The position numbers and the translations under genes are program-made. A stretch of DNA of 64,000 bases, from positions 37,820,001 through 37,884,000 of the forward strand of contig OZ024741.1 of assembly GCA_964016885.1 (NCBI GenBank), given 5' to 3'. Shown piece after piece: positions 36,460 to 49,266 of the stretch; the first letter of the stretch is position 1, and the number at the start of each line of letters is the position of its first letter. Origin of the DNA: Eledone cirrhosa (Eukaryota). A model generated the notes under the pieces. That model had not been told where the DNA came from, ran no database searches, and was given only the letters and a program-made list of their open reading frames with translations.

Positions 36460-36553
36460 GTCGTTGTCGTCGTCGTTGTCGTCGTCGTCGTTGTCGTCGT
36501 CGTTGTCGTCGTCGTTGTCGTCGTCGTTGTCGTCGTCGTTGTCGTCGTCGTTG

Positions 36554-36585
<32 letters not shown>

Positions 36586-36630
36586 GTCGTTGTCGTTGTT
36601 GTTGTCGTCGTCGCCGCCGCCGTCGCCGCC
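35934..36630. repeat. CpG-rich trinucleotide satellite, mostly (TCG)3TTG
   Basis: About 230 triplets; they produce the poly-Thr and poly-Ser ORF artefacts. Confidence 0.97.
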
Positions 36631-37182
36631 TTTGACGTTCGTGTTTCCATGCTGTTATGGGTTAAACAGGTCATTACGGACCACGTCAGTACTTCATTGT
36701 AACCAATGTCCCCTTAAATTGGTTGGAGCCCAGTATCGCTTGTATACATTCCAATCTTGGTAAGTTTTCTACCCCTGGATGCTCTTCCTAAGGCCACTCA
36801 CTCTGCTGAGGGTATTCAATCAATAAAACAACACTATGATCTAAACCTCAAGTAATAAATACCTTATTTATGTAGACATGTATACAATGTAACAAATGTA
36901 CATACATACTTATTGGCACAGGAATGGCAGAGTGGTTAGGGAAGTTCACTTGGCAATCATGTGGTCTCGGGCTCGATCCCACTGCGTGGAATATTAGAAA
37001 ATATATTTATCATAACCTGAGATCATCCCAAGCATTGAGAATGAAATTGAGTAGACGTCAACTGCGCGCAGGAGAAACGGGTGGACTGTAACTATTGAAA
37101 TCCAAAGGTCTACTTTACGATTGCGAGCCGAATACCCTAACAACAAAACCACGTGCCTTCACTACACACACACACACACAAA

Positions 37183-37219
<37 letters not shown>

Positions 37220-37234
37220 ACACCTTTATATACA

Positions 37235-37327
37235 CAGGGTGTCCCAAAAATGTATACATACTCTGATTACCTGTACAGGCAATATTTATTAGGATGCTGT
37301 TGAAGTGTGTATACATTTTTCGGGACA

Positions 37328-37331
<4 letters not shown>
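37235..37331. mobile_element. Tc1/mariner-type MITE
   Basis: CAGGGTGTCCCAAAAATGTATACA...TGTATACATTTTTCGGGACACC. Confidence 0.78.
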
Positions 37332-37394
<63 letters not shown>

Positions 37395-37469
37395 TGTATG
37401 TATGTATGTATGTATGTATGTATGTATGTATGTATGTATGTATGTATGTATGTATGTATGTATGTATGT

Positions 37470-37882
37470 AGTTAGGGAAGCAGAAAATTGCTTATTGTGA
37501 TCCAGTTCGTGGTTAAGAAATCCAGTTTCATGGACGGTTTCAACGTACGGTTAGGGGTAACTCCACAAGTTTGTAAGATTCTGTTCAATCTTGGAGTATA
37601 TAGTATAAAAGAGAAAACACAGGTAAGCATTAAGAGAAGGATTTTATCCAGGTATTTACGACCGTTTCATCAGTAAGTGCAACCTTATATTGCTATACTG
37701 CAAATAGCAGCCACTCAATTATAATTTTTGTTCACTTTGAAAATTTGGACGTGAACAACAATTATAATTGAGTGGCTGCTATTTGCAGTATAGAAATATA
37801 AGGTTGCACTTACCAATGAAACGGTCGTAAATACCTGGATAAAATCCTTCTCTTAATGCTTACCTGTGTTTTCTCTTTTATA
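37470..37882. mobile_element. Fold-back element, family P4
   Basis: Arms near 37604-37735 and 37751-37882 with a 15-nt spacer; unpaired left extension; microsatellite flanks. Confidence 0.7.
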
Positions 37883-39479
37883 TATATATATATATATTCG
37901 CACTATACATCCGGATTGCCTGGCACTCAGAGTTTCGCCTTCGGTGGTTATTTCACATATAAGCATCATAGTAGTCTTTTGAGTAAACACGTAAGGCACG
38001 GCGTAACTGAAAATGATTTCAAAATAACTTCAATATGAGAAAATCCCAAGTAAAAAAATAGAATATGAGGCATCAATGAGCAAGACACTATTTGACATAA
38101 ACTCGTTGCCTCTCATTCGTCTTTATTAATCACAAGTGAATCTCTAGTTTTCTTTTTCTCTTTAGAAATACTATCGGTTGCTGTATCTAGACACTTGCTC
38201 ATCAAGTATTGGCCTTGATTATTATCTTTCGATCTCTTTCATCGGTGTTCTAGATTGAATTTCATTATAACCAGATATCCCTAACACAATTGTCAAAGGT
38301 TTTTCGTCGAAACCATAGCGGTGGAAATATCTGGTACTTGGATCCCAGAACCAAATGCCTACTCACTTCGGTCGGGTTGGAAATGGCCATGCGAACCGGA
38401 CTAGTTCTTTCAGCGTATCTCGCTTGTCAATAGATGATATGGACAGAACAACAACGTGCGGATGATTAGCGATATGGTTTGGCCAATGTAGCCTCATTTT
38501 TGGCGCTAGAGTCCGTGTAGGGAAAGTACTTAAGCTTACGTGTCTGTAACGGAATGACCAGGTTTCTCAGCAAATGAGTTGGCCAGAACATTATATACTC
38601 TATGATAGTAAACAGTAGTATCCGAGGAAACGGGTACTGGCCTACGGTGGCAGTTATTAAGTAGAAACAGCTTAAAATTTAAGACAAAGTCTAAAGCTTC
38701 GGGCAGAATATTTTGTTTAGTTTGGCAAAGAGTGCCAAAGCAGAGCGGTGGATTCACAGAATTGTGAGGGCATTGGGGGAGATGGTTTGGTATATCTGAT
38801 CCAATTCTTTGTTTTCTGAATTGAAATCACGTTTTGGGTTTCTTGGTTGGTAGACTTAATCCGTCGCCCAGTTTATCACAACCAATTGACCTTTGGGCGC
38901 TTTTAGTAGAGTCCACTCTGTTGCAAACATTCGGGTCAGGTCTTCTGTTCGAGGATACCTTCATGCAGTACCAGATTTGAATGGGGAGGGGGCAAAGTGG
39001 GCAATTGTCCTGGTCCCCCGACAGTGGGAGGGGGGGGGGGGGGCATCAGCGATAGCCGTAGCAATTTATTTGTACCTTCAGCTAGGCTTTTTAGTTTTAG
39101 AATGGTTAGAGTTTTTGAATTTAATACCTGTATGTATAACTTTTAAATTCTAGTTACTTGCGCCAATCTAACTTTGATATGTAAAATTGAGAGGTTTGCT
39201 GTGTTTTTTTACAGACCTGAATATTTTACAAACTTGCTGTGTATTCTAATTTTTTACAACCCTGAAGTGCCCCGGGTTCCCAGAGACTGTTTTCATGACT
39301 CCAACACATAATTTTCAGAGGCCCCGAAAAGGATCATGATCACTGGCTTCCCCTCCTTGACTAAACAATTTTTAAAAAATGAGTAGTTAAAAAGTTTAGC
39401 TGATGAACTTTAGATGAAAAGACTAAAGTTTTAGGGGAAAAACGTTCTATTAAATTTGGTGAATATACATCTTTTATGT

Positions 39480-39860
39480 TGCAAACATTCGCTGCCGAGT
39501 ATTCCAAGTGGTTAGTCAGATTTTGAAATCCACTAACTAAAGTCTTATCAAGTGAACCACCGAGATGTTGCCGCTACACAAGTGAAGAAGTTGTTAAACA
39601 TGCTTCTATGATGTACTACAGTAAAATATGACTGTGGCGGGGCACTTTGATAAAGAAGCAATCACAACTTCTGTCTTACTAAGATTGACTATCAAACCGA
39701 ATAGGTTTTTCTTTCTTTTTGAAATCGTTTGACAATTATTTTGTAAGTGGCTTTCCTGCTGGGTAGTGATAACATTGCCTTCGGAGAACAAAGCTTCTGT
39801 AAGGCGACTCTCAAGTGGTTTGGTTATTTGCAACAAGACATCACAGGATCAAAATAAAGA
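39480..39860 (-). mobile_element. Highly degraded RTE-like RT remnant
   Basis: FGLIVNLSKTEVV resembles the post-YADD RTE motif [13 protein letters not shown]. Confidence 0.45.
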
Positions 39861-40021
39861 TACAATCAATGAATGATATTATTTGATTTAGACACCAGGT
39901 TCAAGATCTCCTACAGTTTGAATCAACACTATACATATATACATACATACGTACACAACACCTCCTCTAAGTCACTACACGTATATATATATATATAATA
40001 TATATATATATATATAATATA

Positions 40022-40119
<98 letters not shown>

Positions 40120-40332
40120 CCCACACACAGGGCGTGCCATAATTAACGTACTTTTAAAAATGTGAAGAAAAAGAGAAACCATAATAATCTCAAACTTTAT
40201 TCGAAGAGCAATAAATACATTGGTAACTCTTATAAGTGTATATATAGTTAGATTAAATATTCGAAATGTTATCCCTTTACAAACACGCTCTTGTTGTGTA
40301 TCTTTGTAATCAGTAAGCTTATTATAGTCAAC

Positions 40333-40384
<52 letters not shown>

Positions 40385-40629
40385 AGAAGCAAAGAAAATT
40401 TCAATGATACGAAAGATTTCCTGGTGGAAGTTCAGGTGTACTCCGGGTTGGTATCCAAGGCTAAATAGAGAGTCTGTGATAAACAGGCGAAACTCACTAT
40501 TTAACTTTAATAAAATGAATATTTAAACTCTACTTCGGTATTGAGAACTCTTTTCTCTCAGCCGTCAACCAGATATGAATATATATATATCCATTTCCAC
40601 CAAGCGTGAACCTAATATAACTTTCATTT

Positions 40630-40674
<45 letters not shown>

Positions 40675-40677
<3 letters not shown>

Positions 40678-42299
40678 TGATATTAAATAAATGGAAACTA
40701 TATTTATAAAACCATATTTATTCTATTATATATATTTCAAGGGTACCAAACATTTTGGTACGCTATCATCAGATAAAATACAAAATGTCTTATAAATATT
40801 TGACATGACCAAGGATGGTATACCTTAACGGTTCAAGTTATCCCTGGAAAGTGAAGGGAAGAGAGGAGAAAAGTCAGATATTTAAAATTATATTAAAGGG
40901 CTGAAAAAAACCCCGTTATTTTAGACGCTATGGGAAATTTAAATATTTAGGATAAGGAAAGAAGAGAAAGAGAAAAGAATAACGTTAATTGGGGGGAAAA
41001 GATTTTTGTTACTTATATTATGAGTTATAAAATTATATGAAGAATTATGGTTGTAAGTATTTTCATCTTATCACATTAGGATAGGTTATACGTATATAAA
41101 TATCTCTATATATATTAATAAGTTGTGTATGCTTTGATTGTTTATATAAAAAAATATGAGTTACGAAGGATGTTGAAAATTTTATTTTCAAGTTGTGAGA
41201 TTAGAATAATTTGTGGATTCAAAAATTTTCAACATTGAGAATGTTTTCAGAATATTGTTAATTTAACGAAGCTATATAAATTATCAAACTAAAATTGTTA
41301 AAGAAGAAAGAAAAAGGAAATGGAAGATCACTTGAACGTTAATTTAGGGAAAATATATTCAGACATTTATCTATATTTATATGGAGAATTATTTATCTTA
41401 TTATAATCATATATATAAATATCTATATATGTATTTTAATAATAGCATATGTGTTTTTTTTAAAGGATAGTTTGTTTATAATATGAGTTACGAGGGATGT
41501 TGATTTTATGTAAATAAATAAATAGGTAGTTACAATTTATAAGTTTAAATTAAATTTAATTAATAAGGTTAAATTAAATTAACGGAGTTATGTATAAAAA
41601 GTTTTTATGATTGAAAGAGGAAAAGATAACTCCAATTTTTTTAATTATTAATCGCTAGTGTGGGATTAATTATTTATTCTAAAGAAATATGAATAATTAA
41701 ACACCATGCTGAATAGGATATATTTTACTAAAAACAGTTAATGGTTATTAATCTATATTTAAAAATTAACTTTAGAGGGTGTCATTAGAAAAAAAGAATT
41801 AAAGAATTTAAGAATTAAAAGAATTAAAATTTAAATTTAAATTTAAATTTAGAATTATATAGAAGTACATAATGTAGAAGTACATAAATATATATAAAAA
41901 AATATCTATACATTATGAGAAATTTTATAGATATTTTGATTTAGAGATATTAATATATAAAAGTATTAAAAATATAAAATGTTAGAGCAGATAAGATCAT
42001 TTTGGAGATTAATAGGAATATTATAAGTATATTATAAGTTACATATAGTTCTGAATGTAGAATTTTGGCGATGTTTGCAACAACTAAATAATTCTGTTCT
42101 AAGATTAATAGAGTTTTTACAATTAATTATATAAAAAATTTCTTCAATATTATAATATTTCTTCAATTATATAAAAAATTTCTTCAAAAAAAATTTCTTC
42201 TTTAATATCAATTGAATACTTACTCCAGAAAATCTGTCAAGTGCTTTGAATCAGTTGTAAATATCTATATTTGTTGGATTTCCAACAAATTAAATATCT

Positions 42300-42300
<1 letters not shown>
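40675..42300 (-). mobile_element. AT-rich Penelope-like remnant ending in a hammerhead, family P5
   Basis: (TA)n at both ends; hammerhead about 45 nt from the minus-strand 3' end; the same terminus recurs at 63933-64000. Confidence 0.55.
40719..40780 (-). ncRNA. Minimal type I hammerhead ribozyme
   Basis: Stem I TATTTTAT/ATAGAATA; CTGATGA; stem II GTACCAAA-atg-TTTGGTAC; GAAA; T-ATAT-A; triplet ATA. Confidence 0.75.
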
Positions 42301-42386
<86 letters not shown>

Positions 42387-42452
42387 TGAAGTAAAAGTTA
42401 AGTGGAAATATCCAAGAGTAAGAGCACTTGGTCCATAGACAACAGTGATATT

Positions 42453-42503
42453 AACAGGTACTCAAGTTTCGTTGGGTTCTGGGGCCCATTCATTCAGCTT
42501 GTC
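42453..42503 (-). ncRNA. Hammerhead-like motif with a 1-nt core insertion
   Basis: GACAAG-CTGAATGA-aTGGG-cccCagaa-CCCAac-GAAA-C-TTGA-G-TA-CCTGTT. Confidence 0.55.
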
Positions 42504-42556
42504 ATGAGAAAAATAAAAACAAAAATCTTCTCTGCTTTTATCTCATTGTTATAATT

Positions 42557-42587
<31 letters not shown>

Positions 42588-43725
42588 ATTGATTTCTATC
42601 TTAAGCATCCGAATATAACCTTGAGTGCGGAGTAAAGCTGATCATTCGTCTGGCAACTTTATTTTATCGGAAAGGGTGAAAAGTAGTGATAACCTCGGTG
42701 GGATTCAAGCTCAGAACGAGAAGTTCCTTAACTAAATGCCATCAGTATACATTGTTGTGACGCCCTACCAATTATGCCAATCTACTCTTGTACATGTAAA
42801 ATATGCCAGTATGGTCATTTGACTATGTTTTATTGGACCAATAAAGTTCTTCTCACACCTTTCGGATGCAAAACCTTGGACCCATCATCAGTGTTGTATC
42901 CTAGAGTCACTGGATGTTTCGGGTCTTACAAAATATACCCATTATCCAGGTGACTCAACCGAGGTTAATGAAACCTAAATCAGAGTCCAAGTGGCATGTA
43001 TACTACTGACCCCAACAGCCATCTTGATGCCCTTTTTGTTGCTTTTACGTTATTCCTGATGACTCGCCTGTTTGCTCTCGTAATGTCCAGAGTTCCGTTG
43101 CAAACCCTCGGCTTTCCACCTCCACAGGCCTGCACCTGGTCCTCACCCGTTCTTGTATCAGTTCTCCACTAACTCCTAGCACATTACACATATATTCTTC
43201 TGGTAACGCAATAAAAAGACAAAATAACAACTGTAGCTGTGGGGAACACTACACTCACCCTCGGTTGCACGGCATCAGTTAGCTGTTGCACACAGCCACA
43301 AGATGGTGAAAGTGTTGCCACGAAGAAGAACTATCGATATACGCCTCTGGACTTGTATCGAAGGTGTGATGCCATCATCCCGATTTTGTGGAAGAAAACG
43401 GCAGACTGGGGATTGAGGGACGATACCCGAGTTTTCAATAGCAACTGGTGTGTGTGCGTATGTGTGTATATATATGTGTGTGTGCATGAACAACTAAAAT
43501 TAAATATGTAGGCACAAGGCCAGTAAATTTGGAGAAGGGCAAAGTTGGTTAAATCAACCCCAGCAGTACTTCATGGTACTTTATTTTATCGACCCCGAAA
43601 GGGGGAAAGGAAAATTAGATCTTGGCAGGACTTCAGCTCAGAATGTAGAGCCAGAACACATACCGTAATTGCATTTTATCCGACGCTCTACCGATTCCAC
43701 CAATCCACCACCCATTACATAAGTA

Positions 43726-44211
43726 CAGTTGTCCCTTGGTATGCGCGGGGTTACGTTCCGAGAGCATTCGCGAAGAGTGAAAAACCGCGAATATCGGATG
43801 TGGTCCATAAAAATAACTATAAACGTCAAAACATATCGTAAAATATAGGCCGGCAACTATGGTATATTGCTATTAAGAATTTAGCGTTAATAAGCTTGAA
43901 AAAATATATATTGCCACGAAAAAAAGCCATTAAAAGATCGCGGAAGATATTTACGATTCCGCGAATATACAGTGGTTTCCACGTACAATTATTAGTCAGG
44001 TTCTAAGAAAAATTCCGCGAATAACCGGAACCTCGAATATTGGGGTTACACTGTATATATACGTGTATGTGTGCGTAAAGTGGACGAAAGCAAAGGGTGT
44101 GCGGTAACATAACTGTACTTTAACATGGTTGCTGGATTTAGTTTGCTTTGTGTGTCTTTTAATGGTGAATTTCCGCAAATAACCGAGACCGCGAATGCCG
44201 CGGGTACACTG
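43726..44211. mobile_element. pogo/Tigger-like MITE
   Basis: TA|CAGTTGTCCC...ACACTG|TA ends (at 44053 and again at 44211); sister copy at 60319-60621. Confidence 0.75.
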
Positions 44212-44216
44212 TACAT

Positions 44217-44407
44217 ATTGTTTCTACTTTTGGCACAAGGCCAGCAATTACATAATACATTACTGGTACTTTATTTTATCGGCCCCGTAAAAAGATGAAA
44301 GGCAAAGTTAACCTCGGCGGGATTTGAACTCAGAATGGCTGTGGCCGTAACTCTATGCGTTAAAGCATGGCGTCCGACCCTCTACCGATACTGCCAATCC
44401 ACGCCAT
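44217..44407 (-). mobile_element. SINE family A
   Basis: Full-length reverse copy; further degenerate minus copies lie near 42598-42785 and 43510-43712. Confidence 0.85.
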
Positions 44408-44690
44408 CATATTAAAATCAAATATGTACATAAATAGCAATGTGAGTTATTGAAGCATGGGCTTAGGTCACGCTTCAGTAATTACTGTATTAGTGTAGCT
44501 ATGTAGTAAATATAAGAGCTGGGTTTATCCAGTGAAAGAGAAGAGGTTTTGTAAGGAGGAACTTGGTTAAGTCGGTGAATTAACGATACATTGGTTAGAA
44601 ACAATAACTGTATTTTACTAAGTCAGCAGGGAGGTCGGTTTGGTGTATGTATGTATGTATGTATATATGTATGTATGTATGTATGTGTGT

Positions 44691-44740
<50 letters not shown>

Positions 44741-45369
44741 CTGTATGTATGTATGTGTGTGTATGTGTATGTATGTATGTATGTATGTATGTATATATGT
44801 ATGTGTATATACGTGTGTATCTGTGTGTGTATGTATGTATGTATATATGTATATGTATATATGTGTGTATCTGTGTGTATGTATGTATGTATGTATGTAT
44901 GTATGTATGTATGTATGTATGTATGTATGTATGTATGTATGTATGTGTGTATCTGTGTGTGTATGTATGTATGTATATATATGTGTGTATGTGTATATGT
45001 ATGTATGTATGTGTGTATCTGTGTGTATGTGTATGTATGTGTGTGTATGTGTGTGTGTATTTTACTAAGTCAGCAGGGAGGTCAGTTTGGTGTGTGTATG
45101 TGTGTATGTGTGTATGTATCTATTTATTTATGCATGTATGTGTATATGTATGTATGTTTATGTATGTATGTATGTTTTTGTTTATGTATGTATGTATGTG
45201 TGTGTGTATGTATGTATGTATGTATGTATGTATGTATGTTTGTCTTTATGTGTGTGTAATGAGGACTTACAGTGCAATGAGTATGTGTACAGGGGGGCCT
45301 AATGGTGGGTGGGATATGGCATGCTATTCCCATTGGCGTATGGTGTGTGCGTTTGTGTATGTGTGTGTA

Positions 45370-47075
45370 TCGTGTGGTGTAGTGTGGTGTAGTGTGGTAT
45401 AGTTTAGTTTGGTGATGTGTGGTGTGGTGTGGTGTGGTGTGGTGTGGTGTAGTGTAGTCTGATGTGGTGTGGTGTAGTGTAGTGTGGTGTAGTGTAGTGT
45501 GGTGTTGTGTAATGTAGTGTGGTGTAGTGTAGTGTGGTGTAGTGTGGTATAGTTTAGTTTGGTGATGTGTGGTGTGGTGTGGTGTGGTGTGGTGTGGTGT
45601 AGTGTAGTCTGATGTGGTGTGGTGTAGTGTAGTGTGGTGTAGTGTAGTGTGGTGTTGTGTAATGTAGTGTGGTGTAGTGTAGTGTGGTGTAGTGTCGTGT
45701 GGTGTAGTGTGGTATAATGTAGTGTGGTGTGGTGTAGTGTGGTGTAGTGTAGTGTGGTGTGGTGTTGTGTAATGTAGTGTGGTGTAGTGTGGTTTGGTGT
45801 AGTGTGGTGTAGTGTAGTGTGGTGTGGTGTGGTGATGTGTGGTGTAGTGTGGTGTAGTGTGGTTTGGTGTAGTGTGGTGTAGTGTAGTGTGGTGTCGTGT
45901 GGTGTGGTGTGGTGTAGTGTGGTGTGGTGTGGTGTGGTGTGGTGTAGTATCGTGTAGTGTGGTGTGGTGTGGTGTGGTGTGGTGTGGTGTAGTATCGTGT
46001 AGTGTGGTATAGTGTAGTGTGGTGTAGTGTGGTGTAGTGTAGTGTGGTGTAGTGTGGTGTAGTGTGGTGTGGTGATGTGTGGTGTGGTGTAGTGTGGTGT
46101 GGTGTAGTGTGGTGTAGTGTGGTGTAGTGTAGTGTGGTGTAGTGTGGTGTAGTGTGGTGTGGTGTGGTGTAGAGTGGTGAGGTGTGGTGTAGTGTGGTGT
46201 GGTGTAGTGTGGTGTAATGTAGTGGTGTGGTGTGGTGTAGTGTGGTGTGGTGTAGTATGGTGTGGTGTAGTGTGGTGTGAGGTAGTGTGGTGTAGTGTGT
46301 TGTGGTGTAGTATGGTGTGGTGTAGTGTGGTGTGGTGTGGCGTGGTGTAGTGTGCTGTGGTGTGGTGTAGTGTGGTGTGGTGTCGTGTAGTGTGGTGTGG
46401 TGTGGTGTGGTGTGGTGTAGTATCGTGTAGTGTGGTGTGGTGTGGTGTGGTGTGGTGTGGTGTGGTGTAGTATCGTGTAGTGTGGTATAGTGTAGTGTGG
46501 TGTAGTGTGGTGTAGTGTAGTGTGGTGTAGTGTGGTGTAGTGTGGTGTGGTGATGTGTGGTGTGGTGTAGTGTGGTGTGGTGTAGTGTGGTGTAGTGTGG
46601 TGTAGTGTAGTGTGGTGTAGTGTGGTGTAGTGTGGTGTGGTGTGGTGTAGAGTGGTGAGGTGTGGTGTAGTGTGGTGTGGTGTAGTGTGGTGTAATGTAG
46701 TGGTGTGGTGTGGTGTAGTGTGGTGTGGTGTAGTATGGTGTGGTGTAGTGTGGTGTGAGGTAGTGTGGTGTAGTGTGTTGTGGTGTAGTATGGTGTGGTG
46801 TAGTGTGGTGTGGTGTGGCGTGGTGTAGTGTGCTGTGGTGTGGTGTAGTGTAGTGTGGTGTAGTGTGGTGTGGTGTAGAGTGGTGTGGTGTAGTGTAGTT
46901 TAATGTGGTGGTGGTAGTGGGGGTGGTGGTAGCTGCATGCTGTAGTGTGGTGTATTATAATGTGGTGCGTTGTAGCAGTGTGATGTGTAGTGTAGTGTAG
47001 TGGTGTGGTGTAGTGGTGTATTGGTATAGTGTGGTGTAGTGGTGTGGTGTAGTGGTGGGTGTAGTGGTGTGGCGT
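45370..47075. repeat. Pentanucleotide satellite (GTGTG/GTGTA)n with higher-order duplications
   Basis: Visible 5-mer array. Identical ORF translations at 46159 and 46637 indicate a 478-bp duplicated block. Confidence 0.95.
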
Positions 47076-47424
47076 GGTATGTTGGAGTGGAATGGCGTAT
47101 TAACACTAATTTGATTATAATGATTTACCTCAGGTTACATTATCTAATGCATCCTTCCTTTTAAAAAAGTATGTTGGGTATTGTTTGAAAGCACTGTGGC
47201 TTTTTCTAGCAGACAAAACGACCACATAGTGCCTCCTTCATTCTCTTGCTAATCAGTGTTGAAAGTGATATAGTTGTTTGGGGGTATATATAACGTAGTT
47301 TATATGATATAATTGTCTGAGGTCTATATAAAGTAGTTTATATGATATAATTGTCTGAGGTATATATAAAGTAGTTTATATGATATAGTTGTCTGGGGTG
47401 TATATAAAGTAGTTTATATGATAA

Positions 47425-47678
47425 GGCTCATTTGGCCGGTGCTTATCCCGGTTTCATGGCGTGAAGCGACAGAGTACAAGACTCCCCCCTGGACAGGACG
47501 CCAGTCCATCGCAGGGTTAAACCTCCAGCTATTGCTGGTACTCATTTTCAGCTGAGTATACTGGAGCAACGTGAAATGAAGTGTTTTGCTCAAGAACACA
47601 ATACGCAACCCAGGAATCGAGCCCACGACATTATGATCGTAAGTCCACCACCCTTACCACTAGGTCACGTGCCTCCAC
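47425..47678 (-). mobile_element. SINE family B, near full-length
   Basis: tRNA-like head, CTTGAGCAAAACACTTCATTTCAC core and CCTGCGATGGACTGGCGTCCTGTCCAGGGG body. Confidence 0.82.
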
Positions 47679-47780
47679 GCACACACACACACACAGACAT
47701 ATATATATATACATATACATATATATATGTATGAAATCGTTCTATACGATATAATTGTTTGTGTTATATATATATAAAAT

Positions 47781-47968
47781 GGCGGTGGATTGGGTGTATC
47801 AGTAGAGGGTCGGGCGCCATGCTTTGACGCATAGAGTTACGGCCCTTGCCATTCTGAGTTCAAATCCCGCCGAGGTTAACTTTGCCTTTCATCCCTACGG
47901 GGTCGATAAAATAAAGTACCAGTAATGCACTGGGTAATTGCTGGCCTTGTGCCAAAAGTAGAAACAGT
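47781..47968 (+). mobile_element. SINE family A, full-length reference copy
   Basis: GGCGGTGGATTGG head, B-box GAGTTCAAATCCC, core GCCGAGGTTAACTTTGCCTTTCATCC...GGGGTCGATAAAATAAAGTACCAG, and tail GTAGAAAC. Confidence 0.88.
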
Positions 47969-47994
47969 TATATATATATATAAAATAGTTTCCA

Positions 47995-49266
47995 TATGAT
48001 ATAATAATCTGAGGTATATATAAAGTAATTTATATGATATAATAGTTGAGGTATATATAAAGTAATTTATATGATATAATAGTTGAGGTATATATAACGT
48101 AGTTTATATGATATAATAGTCTGAGGTATATATAACGTAGTTTATATGATATAATAGTCTGAGGTATATATCACGTAGTTTATATGATATAATAGTCTGA
48201 GGTATATATAACGTAGTTTATATGATATAATAGTCTGAGGTATATATAACGTAGTTTATATGATATAATAGTCTGAGGTATATATAACGTAGTTTATATG
48301 ATATAGTTGTCTGAGGTATATATAACGTAGTTTATATGATATAATAGTCTGAGGTATATATAACGTAGTTTATATGATATAATAGTCTGAGGTATATATA
48401 ACGTAGTTTATATGATATAATAGTCTGAGGTATATATAACGTAGTTTATATGATATAATAGTCTGAGGTATATATAACGTAGTTTATATGATATAATAGT
48501 CTGAGGTATATATAACGTAGTTTATATGATATAATAGTCTGAGGTATATATAACGTAGTTTATATGATATAATAGTCTGAGGTATATATAACGTAGTTTA
48601 TATGATATAGTTGTCTGAGGTATATATAACGTAGTTTATATGATATAATAGTCTGAGGTATATATAACGTAGTTTATATGATATAATAGTCTGAGTTATA
48701 TATAACGTAGTTTATATGATATAGTTGTCTGAGGTATATATAACGTAGTTTATATGATATAATAGTCTGAGGTATATATAACGTAGTTTATATGATATAA
48801 TAGTCTGAGGTATATATAACGTAGTTTATATGATATAATAGTCTGAGGTATATATAACGTAGTTTATATGATATAATAGTCTGAGGTATATATAACGTAG
48901 TTTATATGATATAATAGTCTGAGGTATATATAACGTAGTTTATATGATATAATAGTCTGAGGTATATATAACGTAGTTTATATGATATAATAGTCTGAGG
49001 TATATATAACGTAGTTTATATGATATAATAGTCTGAGGTATATATAACGTAGTTTATATGATATAATAGTCTGAGGTATATATAACGTAGTTTATATGAT
49101 ATAGTTGTCTGAGGTATATATAACGTAGTTTATATGATATAATAGTCTGAGTTATATATAACGTAGTTTATATGATATAGTTGTCTGAGGTATATATAAC
49201 GTAGTTTATATGATATAATAGTCTGAGGTATATATAACGTAGTTTATATGATATAATAGTCTGAGG
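47995..49266. repeat. 38-bp minisatellite TATATATAACGTAGTTTATATGATATAATAGTCTGAGG
   Basis: About 33 near-perfect units; degenerate units at 47265-47420 are separated from the array by two SINEs. Confidence 0.97.

Noticed and set aside
43045-43230. Minus-strand exon-like ORF with a pyrimidine tract and AG
   Set aside because: The peptide CRPVEVESRGF resembles the PVEVGCRGF tail of RLE-type LINEs, so it is more likely a short retroelement relic, and it is too short to call.
45370-47075. G/T-rich array as telomeric repeat
   Set aside because: The unit is GTGTG/GTGTA, not TTAGGG-like, and it is internal.
47995-49266. 38-bp repeat array as a CRISPR array
   Set aside because: Head-to-tail units with no spacers, no cas genes, and a eukaryotic context.
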